In this document: positions 46,323 through 55,684 of the stretch, piece by piece
Layout: the number at the start of each line of letters is the position of its first letter
Numbering within the stretch: the first letter of the stretch is position 1
Source: an uncultured Dehalococcoidia bacterium
GTDB taxonomy: Bacteria; Chloroflexota; Dehalococcoidia; Lucifugimonadales; CAZENU01
DNA: 64,000 nt
NCBI GenBank assembly: GCA_964513735.1
Contig: CAZENU010000001.1
Coordinates: 3 to 64,002 of the forward strand
Direction: 5' to 3'
The notes under the pieces: model-generated
What the model was told of the DNA's origin: nothing
The model's input: only the letters and a program-made list of their open reading frames with translations
The model's database searches: none
Program-made: the position numbers and the translations under genes

Positions 46323-46393
46323 GGACGCCGGACCCGCGACGGGGAGCTAACGGCTCCCACTTACAGCCCGAGGAGGCCTAAAGACCTAAACCT

Positions 46394-47023
46394 ATGGCAC
46401 GTTACATCGATCCCGTTTGCCGCCAGTGCCGACGCATCGGCGAGAAACTCTACCTGAAGGGCGAGCGCTGCTTCACCCCGAGGTGCGCCGTCGACAGACG
46501 GAAGCGCCCGCCTGGAGACCACATACCCAGGCGCCGTCGAGCGTCCGAATGGGCGCTGCAGCTTCGTGAGAAGCAGAAAGCGCGCTGGACATACGGTGTC
46601 CTCGAACGCCAGTTCCGCAAGTATTTCGAGACGGCTCGAGAGAAGCCCGGAATCACCGGCGACCTGCTTCTGCAGCAGCTCGAGCGGCGGCTGGACAACG
46701 TCATCTACAGGCTGTCCTTCTCCGACTCGCGCAAGCAAGCCCGGCAGATGGTCAATCACCGTCACTTCCAGGTAAACGGCCGGCGGCTCGACATTCCGTC
46801 GTACCTGGTCAAGCCCAATGACGTGATCACCTGGAAGGGCCCCAACGGGTCCCTGCCGGAGTTCGCCCAGCTAATTACCGAAGGCGCCCCCAAGCGACCG
46901 GTGCCGACATGGCTGAACCTGGAAGTGAGCAGCATGACCGGACAGGTATTGTCGCTACCGGACGTCACCGAGATCGAGTCGGGTATCGACGCGCGACTAA
47001 TCGTCGAGTTCTACTCGAGATAG
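46394..47023 (+). CDS. rpsD: 30S ribosomal protein S4
   Basis: MARYIDPVCRQCRR.GEKLYLKGERC..., S4 RNA-binding domain LERRLDNVIYRL. Confidence 0.97.
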   Translation: MARYIDPVCRQCRRIGEKLYLKGERCFTPRCAVDRRKRPPGDHIPRRRRASEWALQLREKQKARWTYGVLERQFRKYFETAREKPGITGDLLLQQLERRLDNVIYRLSFSDSRKQARQMVNHRHFQVNGRRLDIPSYLVKPNDVITWKGPNGSLPEFAQLITEGAPKRPVPTWLNLEVSSMTGQVLSLPDVTEIESGIDARLIVEFYSR

Positions 47024-47075
47024 CCGGGCAGCGCCGGGAGAGAACGGGCGCGGCCCAGCAGGAGTTTTCCGCTTT

Positions 47076-48152
47076 ATGCTGAATTTCCAGACATTCGTCC
47101 CGCAGGAAGTCGTCGAGGACGTTGAAGAGCCGATACCGGCACCGGACATCACGGTGTTGGACGCCGACGACCGCTACGGCAAGATAGCCATAGAGCCGCT
47201 CCCTAAAGGGTTCGGCGTGACCCTCGGCAATCCACTGCGGCGGGTGCTGTACAGTTCGCTGTCCGGCACCGCGGTCACCTGGGTCAAGATTGAGGGAGTG
47301 CTGCACGAGTACGCGACGATACCCAACGTCAAGGAAGAGGTCTCAGAGCTTCTGATGAACGTCAAGGGGATCCGACTGCGCTCTGAGGTGGATACGCCCG
47401 GAAAGCTGCGGTTGGAGCTAGCCGGCCAGGGCGAGGTGAGCGCCGGCGACATCATGTCGTCTTCCGACTACGAGGTGGTCAACCCCGAGCTGCACCTGGC
47501 GACTCTGGACTCCGACGACGCCATGCTCTCGTTGGAGCTAAACGTCGAGCGAGGTACGGGCTACGCCGAGGCATCCAGGGGAGAGGGCCTGCCTATAGGC
47601 GTGCTCCCGGTGGACGCGATATTCACTCCGATCCGAAAGGTCAACTACTCCGTCGAAGAGATCCGGATAGGGCAGCGGACGGACTTCGAGCGGCTCACCA
47701 TGGAGATATGGTCTGACGGCTCCATCGCTCCGGTGGAGGCCCTGCGACAGGCCGGCGGTATCCTGGTCGAGAAGTTCTTCCTGTTCTCCAGGGCCCAGAT
47801 AGGCGAAGAGGACGGTGCCGCGGCGCCAGCGATAACGCAGTGGATTTCGCCTGAGGGCTACAACGTCCCGGTCGAGCGGCTTGAGCTGTCGTCACGGACC
47901 CTGAACTGCTTGAAGCGGGCCAGTATCGACAAAGTAGGGCAGGTGCTGGAGATGAAGAAGGCCGACCTGCTCCAGATCAGAAACTTCGGCGAGAAGTCGT
48001 TGACTGAGCTGTACGGCCGGCTGCGCGAGATGGACCTGCTGCCGCCGGAGCTCGATCCAGACTTTCAGCAGGAAACCGAAGCTGAAGAGGACAGTGGCGA
48101 GGGCGACCTTGTCGAGGTCGGCGCCGACGCTCCGGAAGGCCAGGTCGAGTAG
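47076..48152 (+). CDS. rpoA: DNA-directed RNA polymerase alpha subunit (acidic C-terminal tail of about 30 aa)
   Basis: [11 protein letters not shown], alpha-[23 protein letters not shown], then an E/D-rich tail. Confidence 0.97.
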   Translation: MLNFQTFVPQEVVEDVEEPIPAPDITVLDADDRYGKIAIEPLPKGFGVTLGNPLRRVLYSSLSGTAVTWVKIEGVLHEYATIPNVKEEVSELLMNVKGIRLRSEVDTPGKLRLELAGQGEVSAGDIMSSSDYEVVNPELHLATLDSDDAMLSLELNVERGTGYAEASRGEGLPIGVLPVDAIFTPIRKVNYSVEEIRIGQRTDFERLTMEIWSDGSIAPVEALRQAGGILVEKFFLFSRAQIGEEDGAAAPAITQWISPEGYNVPVERLELSSRTLNCLKRASIDKVGQVLEMKKADLLQIRNFGEKSLTELYGRLREMDLLPPELDPDFQQETEAEEDSGEGDLVEVGADAPEGQVE

Positions 48153-48154
48153 CA

Positions 48155-48508
48155 GTGAGACACAAAATAGCCGGTAGAAAGCTGTCAAGGCCTACCGCCC
48201 ACCGCATGGCTATGCTCCGCACGGCGGTCACGGACCTGCTGCGTCATGAGACGCTGCAGACGACCGACGCCAAGGCGAGGGAGATCCGGCGGATGGCCGA
48301 GAAGATCATAACGCGGGGCAAGCGGGGGACACTTCACGACCGCAGGCAGGCTGCGGCCCTGCTCACGGACAAGCGGATTGTGCAGAAGCTGTTCGACGAG
48401 TTGGCTCCTCGATACGAGGACAGGCCGGGCGGGTACACGCGGTTAATCAAGCTGGGCAACCGCAACGGCGACGCCGCGCCCATGACCATCGTAGAGCTGG
48501 TCTCCTAG
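48155..48508 (+). CDS. rplQ: 50S ribosomal protein L17
   Basis: [21 protein letters not shown]; GTG start. Confidence 0.96.
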   Translation: MRHKIAGRKLSRPTAHRMAMLRTAVTDLLRHETLQTTDAKAREIRRMAEKIITRGKRGTLHDRRQAAALLTDKRIVQKLFDELAPRYEDRPGGYTRLIKLGNRNGDAAPMTIVELVS

Positions 48509-48553
48509 CGACGGAGAGTAGGCCGGCCGGAACGGCCCAGAGGGCGCCATGTC

Positions 48554-49321
48554 ATGCGGCTTGCCCTGACAGTCGAATACGAGGGGACGAACTACCGGGG
48601 GTTTCAGTACCAGACCAACGCCCCTTCAGTGCAGGAGGAGCTAGAGAAAGCCATCCAGAGGTTCACAGGTGAAATTGTCAGGGTCAAGGGTGCCGGGCGC
48701 ACGGACGCCGGCGTCCACGCCAGGGCTCAGGTGGTAGCCTTCGATACGGCCTCCACCCACCCGAAAGAGGCATTCCTCGGCGCGCTAAACCGCCATCTCC
48801 CGGATGACATAGCAGTGAGAAGGGTGCACAGCGTGCCCGATGACTTCGACCCTCGTCGGATGGCGAAAAGCCGCAGGTATGCGTTCACAATAGACACCGG
48901 ACCGGTACGGTCACCCCTGACAAGGCGCACCACCCACCACATATCCCGCCCCCTCGACGTAGGGAAAATGCGCCGGGCCGCGCGCCACTTTGTCGGCCGC
49001 CACGACTTCGCCCGTTTCGCGGGCCCACTGGAGAAGGCGGACGCCAGCACAGTCAGAGAGGTTACGGAAGCCGCGGTGAGGCGGAGCGGCCATGGCCATA
49101 CGGTGACGTTGGAGGTGGAGGGCGGCTCCTTCCTGCCCCATCAGGTCAGGAGGATGGCCGGAGCGCTGGTTGACGTCGGACAGGGCAGACTGACTCCGGC
49201 GGAGCTGAAATCGATGGTAGACGGAGACGAAGTCGATGCGGTCGCACATTCGCTGCCTCCGCAGGGGCTGTGTCTCGTGAAAATTGAGTACGAGGACTTC
49301 GTGACGGAAGGGGATTCTTAA
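48554..49321 (+). CDS. truA: tRNA pseudouridine(38-40) synthase
   Basis: [12 protein letters not shown]..., catalytic [11 protein letters not shown]. Confidence 0.95.
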   Translation: MRLALTVEYEGTNYRGFQYQTNAPSVQEELEKAIQRFTGEIVRVKGAGRTDAGVHARAQVVAFDTASTHPKEAFLGALNRHLPDDIAVRRVHSVPDDFDPRRMAKSRRYAFTIDTGPVRSPLTRRTTHHISRPLDVGKMRRAARHFVGRHDFARFAGPLEKADASTVREVTEAAVRRSGHGHTVTLEVEGGSFLPHQVRRMAGALVDVGQGRLTPAELKSMVDGDEVDAVAHSLPPQGLCLVKIEYEDFVTEGDS

Positions 49322-49322
49322 A

Positions 49323-50075
49323 ATGACCACAACCAGAGGACGGTTGCATTCACGACCGTCCCGCGTCGAGCCGGCGTGGCACGTCATCGACGCCAAGGGA
49401 AAGACCCTCGGCCGAGTATCGACCGCGATCGCCGTGCTCCTTCAGGGCAAGCACAGGCCGACCTACGTGCCGTATCTGAACACCGGGGACTTCGTAGTAG
49501 TCATCAACGCGGCCAAGTTCCACGTCACCGGCAACAAGCTGGAAGACAAGCGCTACTACAGGCACAGCGGGTACCACGGCGGCCTGAAAGAGCGGTCGCT
49601 GTCCGAGACACTCAAGACGGACCCGACCCGGGCACTGAAACACGCGGTCAAGGGCATGCTTCCCAAGAACACTCTGGGACGCCACATGCTGTCGCGCCTG
49701 AAGCTGTATGCGGGCGAATCTCACCCACACGCAGCGCAGATAAATGCCGGCGCCCGCCGTCTGCGCGCCGAAGAGGCAGCCGCAGCAGCGGCCGCGGCAG
49801 CACCGAAGGAGGCCGTAGTGGAGGCTCCAGCCGAGCACTCGGCGCCCGAAGCTGCGGCAATCGAGGCTGGTGCCGGCGATAGGGCGGTGGAGACCTCGGC
49901 GGAGGCCAGGGATGCGGACGCCGAAGCTCTGGCGGCGGAGGGCAAGGCTCCCCAGGAGGCTGCCGCGGAGGCGGACGAGGAGAACAGCAACGCCAAGCCC
50001 CGGCGGACCCGTAGCCGGGCCAAGAAAGAAAACAGATCAGACGACAACAGCTCTCTGGAGTCGGAGGAGGCGTAG
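49323..50075 (+). CDS. rplM: 50S ribosomal protein L13 with a roughly 108-aa low-complexity C-terminal extension
   Basis: Core [33 protein letters not shown]...[11 protein letters not shown], followed by a poly-Ala/Glu stretch and then a basic/acidic tail. Confidence 0.93.
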   Translation: MTTTRGRLHSRPSRVEPAWHVIDAKGKTLGRVSTAIAVLLQGKHRPTYVPYLNTGDFVVVINAAKFHVTGNKLEDKRYYRHSGYHGGLKERSLSETLKTDPTRALKHAVKGMLPKNTLGRHMLSRLKLYAGESHPHAAQINAGARRLRAEEAAAAAAAAAPKEAVVEAPAEHSAPEAAAIEAGAGDRAVETSAEARDADAEALAAEGKAPQEAAAEADEENSNAKPRRTRSRAKKENRSDDNSSLESEEA

Positions 50076-50471
50076 TTGAACGAACGCACTTACTACTACG
50101 GCACCGGCCGCAGGAAGACATCCGTGGCCCGGGTCCGGCTCTTCATTGAGGACGGTCCCATCATCATCAATGGCAAGCCCATGGAAGAGGTTTTCGGCTG
50201 GAACCCATGGCGCGACATCATCATGGAGCCATTCCGGGCCACCGACACCGTCGGCAAGTTCAGCGTCGTGGCGAAGACCGGCGGCGGCGGCGTCGTCAGC
50301 CAAGCCGGGGCTCTCAGGCACGGGATCGCGAGGGCCATGCTCGTGGCCGACCCCGAGCTTCGGCCCAGGCTAAAGAAGGCCGGGCTGCTCACCCGCGACG
50401 CCAGGGAGAAGGAGCGGAAGAAGTACGGGCTCAAGCGCGCGAGAAAGGCAGAGCAGTACTCGAAGCGCTAG
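50076..50471 (+). CDS. rpsI: 30S ribosomal protein S9
   Basis: GTGRRKTSVARV..., C-terminal RKKYGLKRARKAEQYSKR; TTG start. Confidence 0.96.
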   Translation: MNERTYYYGTGRRKTSVARVRLFIEDGPIIINGKPMEEVFGWNPWRDIIMEPFRATDTVGKFSVVAKTGGGGVVSQAGALRHGIARAMLVADPELRPRLKKAGLLTRDAREKERKKYGLKRARKAEQYSKR

Positions 50472-50492
50472 CCGAATACGCAGACGGATTAC

Positions 50493-50528
50493 ATAAGCCC
50501 TCAGGCGTAACCTGAGGGCTTATGTTTT
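50493..50528 (+). terminator. Rho-independent terminator closing the ribosomal supercluster
   Basis: Perfect 13-bp stem ATAAGCCCTCAGG / CCTGAGGGCTTAT with loop cgtaa, followed by GTTTTCG. Lies between the convergent rpsI and VOC genes. Confidence 0.85.
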
Positions 50529-50544
50529 CGCGCGGACGCGGCTC

Positions 50545-50904
50545 TCACTCGGGCTGTTGGAGTAGCTGAAGGGTGTTGCCATCCGGGTCCGAGAATGTCG
50601 CCACCCAACCACCCCAGTGCTCCTTTTGCGGCTCGCGGACCAGGCGCACTCCCCTCTCTCGGAGCAGCTCGCACTGGCCGCGTATGTCGTCCACGCCCAG
50701 GTTGATCATGATCCGAAAAGGCTCGGCCGTCTTTCCTTTGACCTTCGAATGTTTCCCTATCCCCAGCCGGACTCCTCCCCACCTGAACGAGACGAAGTTC
50801 GGCTTGACCGAATGCGGCGTCAGACCCAGCGTATCGCGATAGAACTCGACCAGCCGCTCCAGGTCGTCAGTCCATACGATTACGCCGGCAAGTCTCTGAA
50901 TCAT
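50545..50904 (-). CDS. VOC (glyoxalase / bleomycin-resistance fold) family protein
   Basis: MIQRLAGVIVWTDDLERLVEFYRDTLGL...DPDGNTLQLLQ. The ATG at 50904 follows GGAGGG. The upstream 35 codons of the ORF-track version are rejected. Confidence 0.85.
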   Translation of the reverse strand: MIQRLAGVIVWTDDLERLVEFYRDTLGLTPHSVKPNFVSFRWGGVRLGIGKHSKVKGKTAEPFRIMINLGVDDIRGQCELLRERGVRLVREPQKEHWGGWVATFSDPDGNTLQLLQQPE

Positions 50905-50964
50905 GCTTTGCCCTCCACATGCCGGTCCGGACCCGAACACGCCAAGCCAGTGGGGCAGACACCC

Positions 50965-50992
50965 TTGTGCGCCACCACATCGAGAGTATAAT
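50965..50992 (+). promoter_or_regulatory. sigma70-like promoter TTGTGC-N16-TATAAT (the AT box could alternatively serve the minus-strand VOC gene)
   Basis: TTGTGC at 50965-50970 and TATAAT at 50987-50992. Confidence 0.4.
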
Positions 50993-50997
50993 AGTAC

Positions 50998-51146
50998 GCA
51001 GAGACCCATGGTGGGGAAGACAGTCTAGGTGGTGGGGTCTCCAGAAAGGAGGTGCTGCGTTGGACAGTAGTAGTCGGAGGTGTTCCAGGTAGGTGTTCTC
51101 TGGAACGCCTCCCGATAGGCCCCGCCTCGGCGGGGCCTATCTATTT
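50998..51146 (+). ncRNA. candidate small structured RNA (three hairpins, the last terminator-like); function unknown
   Basis: GAGACCC/GGGTCTC (51001-07 / 51035-41). A 13-14 bp hairpin CGGAGGTGTTCCAG...CTGGAACGCCTCCCG (51075-51113). ATAGGCCCCGCC/GGCGGGGCCTAT (51115-51140) followed by CTATTT. No ORF longer than 11 codons. Confidence 0.3.
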
Positions 51147-51175
51147 AGGGCGCGGGACAGCCTCATCGACATCCT

Positions 51176-52426
51176 CTACCCGATTCCATCTCGCAGGACC
51201 TTGCGCACTAGCTCCATAGCGTTGAGGCTCAGGCGAGTCCGATCGGGCATGCTGCGACCAGCCGAGTTGTAAGAAAGCGCCTTGAAGCCGGTGCCGTCCG
51301 TCACCGATATGTAGGTCTGACCGCGCGCCAGGTTTTCGGAGCTGTCGGACTCGTCCGGCACACCGTGCACCGCAAGGCCCAGATCGGCCCTCGTGTGGGC
51401 CTTCATCGCCCAGGCCAGCTCCTTGCAGAGCCTTGCGCCGTCGCTCATCAGGTCGTCGACACTGTCGGGGGCCCACGAGTGGGCAAGAAGCCGATGGACC
51501 GCGGCCGAGCCACCGCCGATGACAGCCTCGACGAACTTGTCCGGGCTGACCTGCCGTATCCGTCCCGACAGCATGCCGCCGGTGATGTCCTCGTAGATAG
51601 ATATCGTCTTTCCGCTCTCGTCGAGCAGCCTGGCCACCGTGTCCTCCATCAACTCGGCATCGGTGGCGAACACATGGTCCCCGAGCAGACCGCGGAGCTC
51701 GCCCTCGACGGGCTCGATCATCTCCGCGGCTGCTTCGAGACTTGCCGCTTTGGCCGTGATCCGCACGTCCACCTGGCCAGGGTGGGCCAGCACGCCTACC
51801 GTCGGATTCTTCAAGCCGGCGATTAGATGGCCGACCAACTCATCGACCGCGCTCTCGCCCAGTCCCGCGACCTTGAGGATGCGGTGGGTGATCAGCCCGG
51901 ACAGGCTGAACCTTCGCCGGAGGTATGGCGCGACCTCGTTGTCGAAGAGCCACTTCATCTCGACGGGCACGCCCGGCAGGGCGAACACGATGCCCCGTGG
52001 GTCCTCTACGATGAAAGAGGGCGCGGTGCCGTTGGGGTTCTCGACCGCGATGGCACCGTCGGGAATGTAGGCCTGGCGCTCGTTGTTCGTGGTCATGACG
52101 AACCCGCGGCTGCGGAACCGTTTCTCGATCTGCTCCAGCAGGTCGGGATCGAGGACAAGGTCTTTGCTGGTCACCTCGGCTACGATCTCGCGGGTCAGAT
52201 CGTCCTGAGTGGGTCCAAGGCCTCCGCTGGTGATGACGACGTCGGACCGGTCGAGGGCGTGGGCGATCACCTCTTTCATTCGGGCCGGGTTGTCGCCGAC
52301 CGCCGTCTTGTAGTACATGTCGATGCCGAGGCCGGTCAGCCGCTCGGCCATCCACGCCGAGTTGGTGTCGACGATCTGTCCCAGAAGCAGCTCCGAGCCT
52401 ATTGCGACTATCTCGACGCTGGCCAC
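51176..52426 (-). CDS. cinA: competence/damage-inducible protein CinA (MoCF-binding domain plus PncC nicotinamide-nucleotide amidase domain)
   Basis: N-terminal VEIVAIGSELLLGQIVDTNSAWMA and TSGGLGPTQDDLT; C-terminal CinA domain. Confidence 0.92.
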   Translation of the reverse strand: MASVEIVAIGSELLLGQIVDTNSAWMAERLTGLGIDMYYKTAVGDNPARMKEVIAHALDRSDVVITSGGLGPTQDDLTREIVAEVTSKDLVLDPDLLEQIEKRFRSRGFVMTTNNERQAYIPDGAIAVENPNGTAPSFIVEDPRGIVFALPGVPVEMKWLFDNEVAPYLRRRFSLSGLITHRILKVAGLGESAVDELVGHLIAGLKNPTVGVLAHPGQVDVRITAKAASLEAAAEMIEPVEGELRGLLGDHVFATDAELMEDTVARLLDESGKTISIYEDITGGMLSGRIRQVSPDKFVEAVIGGGSAAVHRLLAHSWAPDSVDDLMSDGARLCKELAWAMKAHTRADLGLAVHGVPDESDSSENLARGQTYISVTDGTGFKALSYNSAGRSMPDRTRLSLNAMELVRKVLRDGIG

Positions 52427-52486
52427 TATTCATGGCTCCCGGAGTTGAAGATTACTTAGGGTCGCCGCGCTCGCCGATCGCCTATT

Positions 52487-53578
52487 TCAGCCGTGCTTCT
52501 CTCTCAGGATGGCCGCGCCGTCGCACAGCGCCTTGAGCTTCAGGTAGGCCTCATCCAGGTTCGACGGGTTCGCGCTGGACGGCGAGAAGCCGCAGTCAGG
52601 GTTGAGCGTGAGCCGCTCTTTGGGCACGAACTCCATCGCGGCCTCAGCCCGAGCCACCACCTCCTCCGAGGTCTCGACGTGTGGGTCGGTATGGTCGATG
52701 ACTCCAAGCCCGAGCGTCTTGTTCCGGGGGAAGTCCTTGAGCACGCCGATCCCTCCGGCGTCCGGCGTGGCGAACTCCATGGCGAACCTGTCGACGTTCA
52801 TCTGCCCAAGGGCACCCATGATCAGGTCGTAGGGCCCACTGGTCATGTGTTCCCGGTTGAAGTGGGCGTGGCACATGTGGACGCTCACGAATATGTCCCC
52901 GACGCCCTCGACGGCACCGTTGACCGAGGACACGGACATCTCGATCTCGTGGTCTATGTCGACGATCCCCTGGCCGTCACGATACGCGGGGTCCACAAGC
53001 AGTGCCAGCCACGGATCGTCTAGCTGCACCGCGTCGATACCGGCGCGGGCCAGCGCCTGCACCTCGTCCCGGATTATCGGTATGCAGGCCCCCATGAACT
53101 CCTCCCGCGTCGGATACGCCGAGGTGGAGTGCTCCGGGCTCCACATTCGCCTCGCCACCGTGTAGGGCGACGGGATGGCGACTATGGGCTTCGCGTCGGT
53201 GTGCTCCCGCAGAAACGACGCCTCGGCCAGAGCGATGGGCCTGCGAGACACCAGCTTGTCGACCACGGCCGGGTACGGCATCTTCGAGACCGTCGAAGCC
53301 CGGGTCGATATCAGGTCGTCTTTGAAGCCATCGACCGCCTCGGAAAAGACCTTGACGTAGCTCTCCCTACGCCACTCGCCGTCGGACACGAAATCGAGCC
53401 CGGCACGCTCCTGCATGTGTATCGCGGAGGGGATCGCGCCGTCGAGAAGCCTGTCCGTCTCCTCGGAGGTGACGCGGCCTTCTTTACGCTCCTCGATCAG
53501 CTCGCGGACCCACTCGTATCGAGGCAGACTGCCCACGACCATGGTCGGGAACAGGTGCCCGGCAACTGCGCGCGTCAT
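52487..53578 (-). CDS. cobalamin-independent methionine synthase (MetE C-terminal-domain-like) family protein
   Basis: Single-domain, about 360 aa. VVGSLPR..., HMCHAHF and NPDCGF zinc-ligand contexts typical of the MetE catalytic domain. Confidence 0.8.
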   Translation of the reverse strand: MTRAVAGHLFPTMVVGSLPRYEWVRELIEERKEGRVTSEETDRLLDGAIPSAIHMQERAGLDFVSDGEWRRESYVKVFSEAVDGFKDDLISTRASTVSKMPYPAVVDKLVSRRPIALAEASFLREHTDAKPIVAIPSPYTVARRMWSPEHSTSAYPTREEFMGACIPIIRDEVQALARAGIDAVQLDDPWLALLVDPAYRDGQGIVDIDHEIEMSVSSVNGAVEGVGDIFVSVHMCHAHFNREHMTSGPYDLIMGALGQMNVDRFAMEFATPDAGGIGVLKDFPRNKTLGLGVIDHTDPHVETSEEVVARAEAAMEFVPKERLTLNPDCGFSPSSANPSNLDEAYLKLKALCDGAAILREKHG

Positions 53579-53675
53579 GCATGCCTCCTGTCAACCAAAC
53601 TGTGCGAGTCTGGACATGAACCGACGTAAGGGCGCCAAGAGGCGTGTCCGGCGCGTCTCCGCGCCTCCCGCGCGC

Positions 53676-55373
53676 CTAGAACGGCTGGATGCCTCTGCTC
53701 GTCCATCGGGCCACCGCCGCCTTCGCGCGAGGACTGATGCCCCTCTGCACCGTGACGTTCAGCAGCGCCGACAAACCGGACGCCAGCGCTCTGTCGACGG
53801 CAGCCGGGAGCTCGTCAGGCCGCTCCACGAGCTCTCCGTATCCTCCAAGACCGGCGACGACCTGATCGTAACGCGTCGGCAGCAGGTCGGTCGCGACCGG
53901 CTTGCCGTACACGCCGAGCTGGATCTGGCGGTCGATCCCCCAGGCAGAGTCGTTTCCTAGGATACCCACGATGTTCAGACCGTGTCTCACCGCCGTGTCG
54001 TACTCCATCGCGTTGAAGCCGAAGGCACCGTCGCCGGTGAACAGGAAGACCCGGCGGTCTGGGTGGGCCAGCTTGGCCGCCAGGGCCGTCGGCAGCGCCG
54101 TGCCCAGCATGCCCAGAGGCGAGACGTAGAACCACCGCCGGGGCAGCCGCGCCGGATGGAAGGCCCTGCCGAAATGACAGTAGTCGCCGCCGTCGAACAC
54201 CAGGCAGTCGTCGGGCCGGATGAACGACTCCAGTACCTTGTGGACCTTCATGGCGTGCATCGGCGCTTCGTCCACCGCCAGAGTCTCCAGCCACTCGCTC
54301 TGGGCATCACGCTCCGCCCGAAGCTCGGCTGCCCAGGCGGGCTCCGTCCACGTATGCCGCGACGCCTCAGTCGCCAACTGGTCCACGACGGTCGCGACGT
54401 CGCCCACGATGCCGATGGTGGCGGCCCTGTTTCGGCCGATCTCCTCGGCCGACGGGTCGACCTGGACCAGCGCCGCGTCCTTTCCGATGGTCGACGGCAT
54501 GGCGTAGCCCAGGATGATGTCTTGTTTCTTGCCAAGCAGCAACACGGCGTCTGCGGTGCCCGAGAGCCGGGCCGCTCGGTTGAGCCCATTGTCGAAGAAA
54601 CCGGCGCTGTTAGGGTGGTCGTCCGGCACCAGTCCCCGGGCGTCGCCCTCGGTCATCACCGGGATTCGCGACGTCTCCACCAACCGCCGCAGTGCTTCCT
54701 CAGAGTCGGAATAGGCCGCGGCCGTTCCCGCGATGATCAGCGGCCTATTCGACCTCCGCAGCAGCGCGACCGCCTCCTCAATCAGGCCGCGGTCTCCGGG
54801 AGCCGGGATAGCGCCGTTGTGCACCGGACCGTGGAACGATATCTCGTCCTCCGAAACGGTCTGCTCCTGGAGGTCGATGGGGATGGTGAGGTGTACCGGG
54901 CCTCTTCTGCCCGCGTAGGCGACTCGAAGGGCCTGGGAGACCATCTGGGGAATGCGCCGGACGTCGGTAACCATCCACGACGCCTTGGTGGTCGGCAGGG
55001 CCATGCCGACCTGGTCGATCTCCTGCATCGCGCCCCGGCCCAGCTCCGGAAGCGGTGCCGAGCCACTGATCGACAGTAAGGGGCTCTCGGCGTGAAGGGC
55101 GTTGCTCAGGCCGGGGATGGCATTTGCGAAGCCCGGAGTCGTGTACATCGCGACGCCGGGCCCGCCGGTGATCCGGCCCCAGGCGTCGGCCATATGCACC
55201 GCGCCCTGCTCATGGCGCGTGTCGATGAACCGGAAGCCCATGTCGCTCATTACATCAAGGAGCGGCAGCACGTGATCGCCGGCGAGGGTGAAGATATTGT
55301 CGACGCCCTCTCCCCGGAGGGCCATTCCAACAAGCTGTCCTCCGGTCAGCCTTCTTGCAGCGCCCACGAACAC
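53676..55373 (-). CDS. thiamine-pyrophosphate-binding enzyme (acetolactate-synthase large-subunit-like)
   Basis: N-terminal PYR domain (IDTRHEQGAVHMADAW) and C-terminal TPP motif GDGAFGFNAMEYDTAVRH...N. Confidence 0.85.
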   Translation of the reverse strand: MFVGAARRLTGGQLVGMALRGEGVDNIFTLAGDHVLPLLDVMSDMGFRFIDTRHEQGAVHMADAWGRITGGPGVAMYTTPGFANAIPGLSNALHAESPLLSISGSAPLPELGRGAMQEIDQVGMALPTTKASWMVTDVRRIPQMVSQALRVAYAGRRGPVHLTIPIDLQEQTVSEDEISFHGPVHNGAIPAPGDRGLIEEAVALLRRSNRPLIIAGTAAAYSDSEEALRRLVETSRIPVMTEGDARGLVPDDHPNSAGFFDNGLNRAARLSGTADAVLLLGKKQDIILGYAMPSTIGKDAALVQVDPSAEEIGRNRAATIGIVGDVATVVDQLATEASRHTWTEPAWAAELRAERDAQSEWLETLAVDEAPMHAMKVHKVLESFIRPDDCLVFDGGDYCHFGRAFHPARLPRRWFYVSPLGMLGTALPTALAAKLAHPDRRVFLFTGDGAFGFNAMEYDTAVRHGLNIVGILGNDSAWGIDRQIQLGVYGKPVATDLLPTRYDQVVAGLGGYGELVERPDELPAAVDRALASGLSALLNVTVQRGISPRAKAAVARWTSRGIQPF

Positions 55374-55544
55374 CCTCCAGACGGCTCATTCAACGGCTTC
55401 ATACCGGGCTCCTGTCACATTCTAGCCCCGGTCTTTAGACTGTCAAGTGTGGCCGGTTTCGAGAGGCAGCCGGCAGCTGACCTCGAATTTGAGTTATTTC
55501 TTAGAAAACGGTAAAATAACTACCTGTGAGGCCCTTGAAATTTC

Positions 55545-55560
55545 GTAGCTGTACAGCTAC
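55545..55560. promoter_or_regulatory. perfect 16-bp palindrome GTAGCTGTACAGCTAC in the gyrB upstream region (candidate operator)
   Basis: Read directly from the sequence. It lies between TTGAAA (55535-40) and the TGTTATGAT extended -10-like box (55564-72), in the only markedly AT-rich stretch nearby. Confidence 0.45.
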
Positions 55561-55684
55561 AACTGTTATGATGGTTTTCGGCCTGCGCAAATGGGTGCTC
55601 CACAGGCCGTCACGGTCCGCGTGATCGCACCATCCCGGACCCCAGAACGGCGTGCGCCGGCATCCTGAAGATCGGGAGAGATTA

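Noticed and set aside
49770-49815. GCN-rich run (gcagccgcagcagcggccgcggcagca) as a possible microsatellite or assembly artefact.
   Set aside because: It is in frame within the rplM tail and encodes a poly-Ala stretch with mixed GCN codons. It is not a perfect nucleotide repeat, so it is treated as coding low complexity.
51004-51100. Tiny + strand ORFs in the candidate sRNA region: ATG GTG GGG AAG ACA GTC TAG, and a TTG-initiated 10-codon ORF after AAGGAGG.
   Set aside because: At 6-10 codons, with no conservation information, they cannot be supported as genes. They are mentioned only because a leader peptide is an alternative reading of this region.
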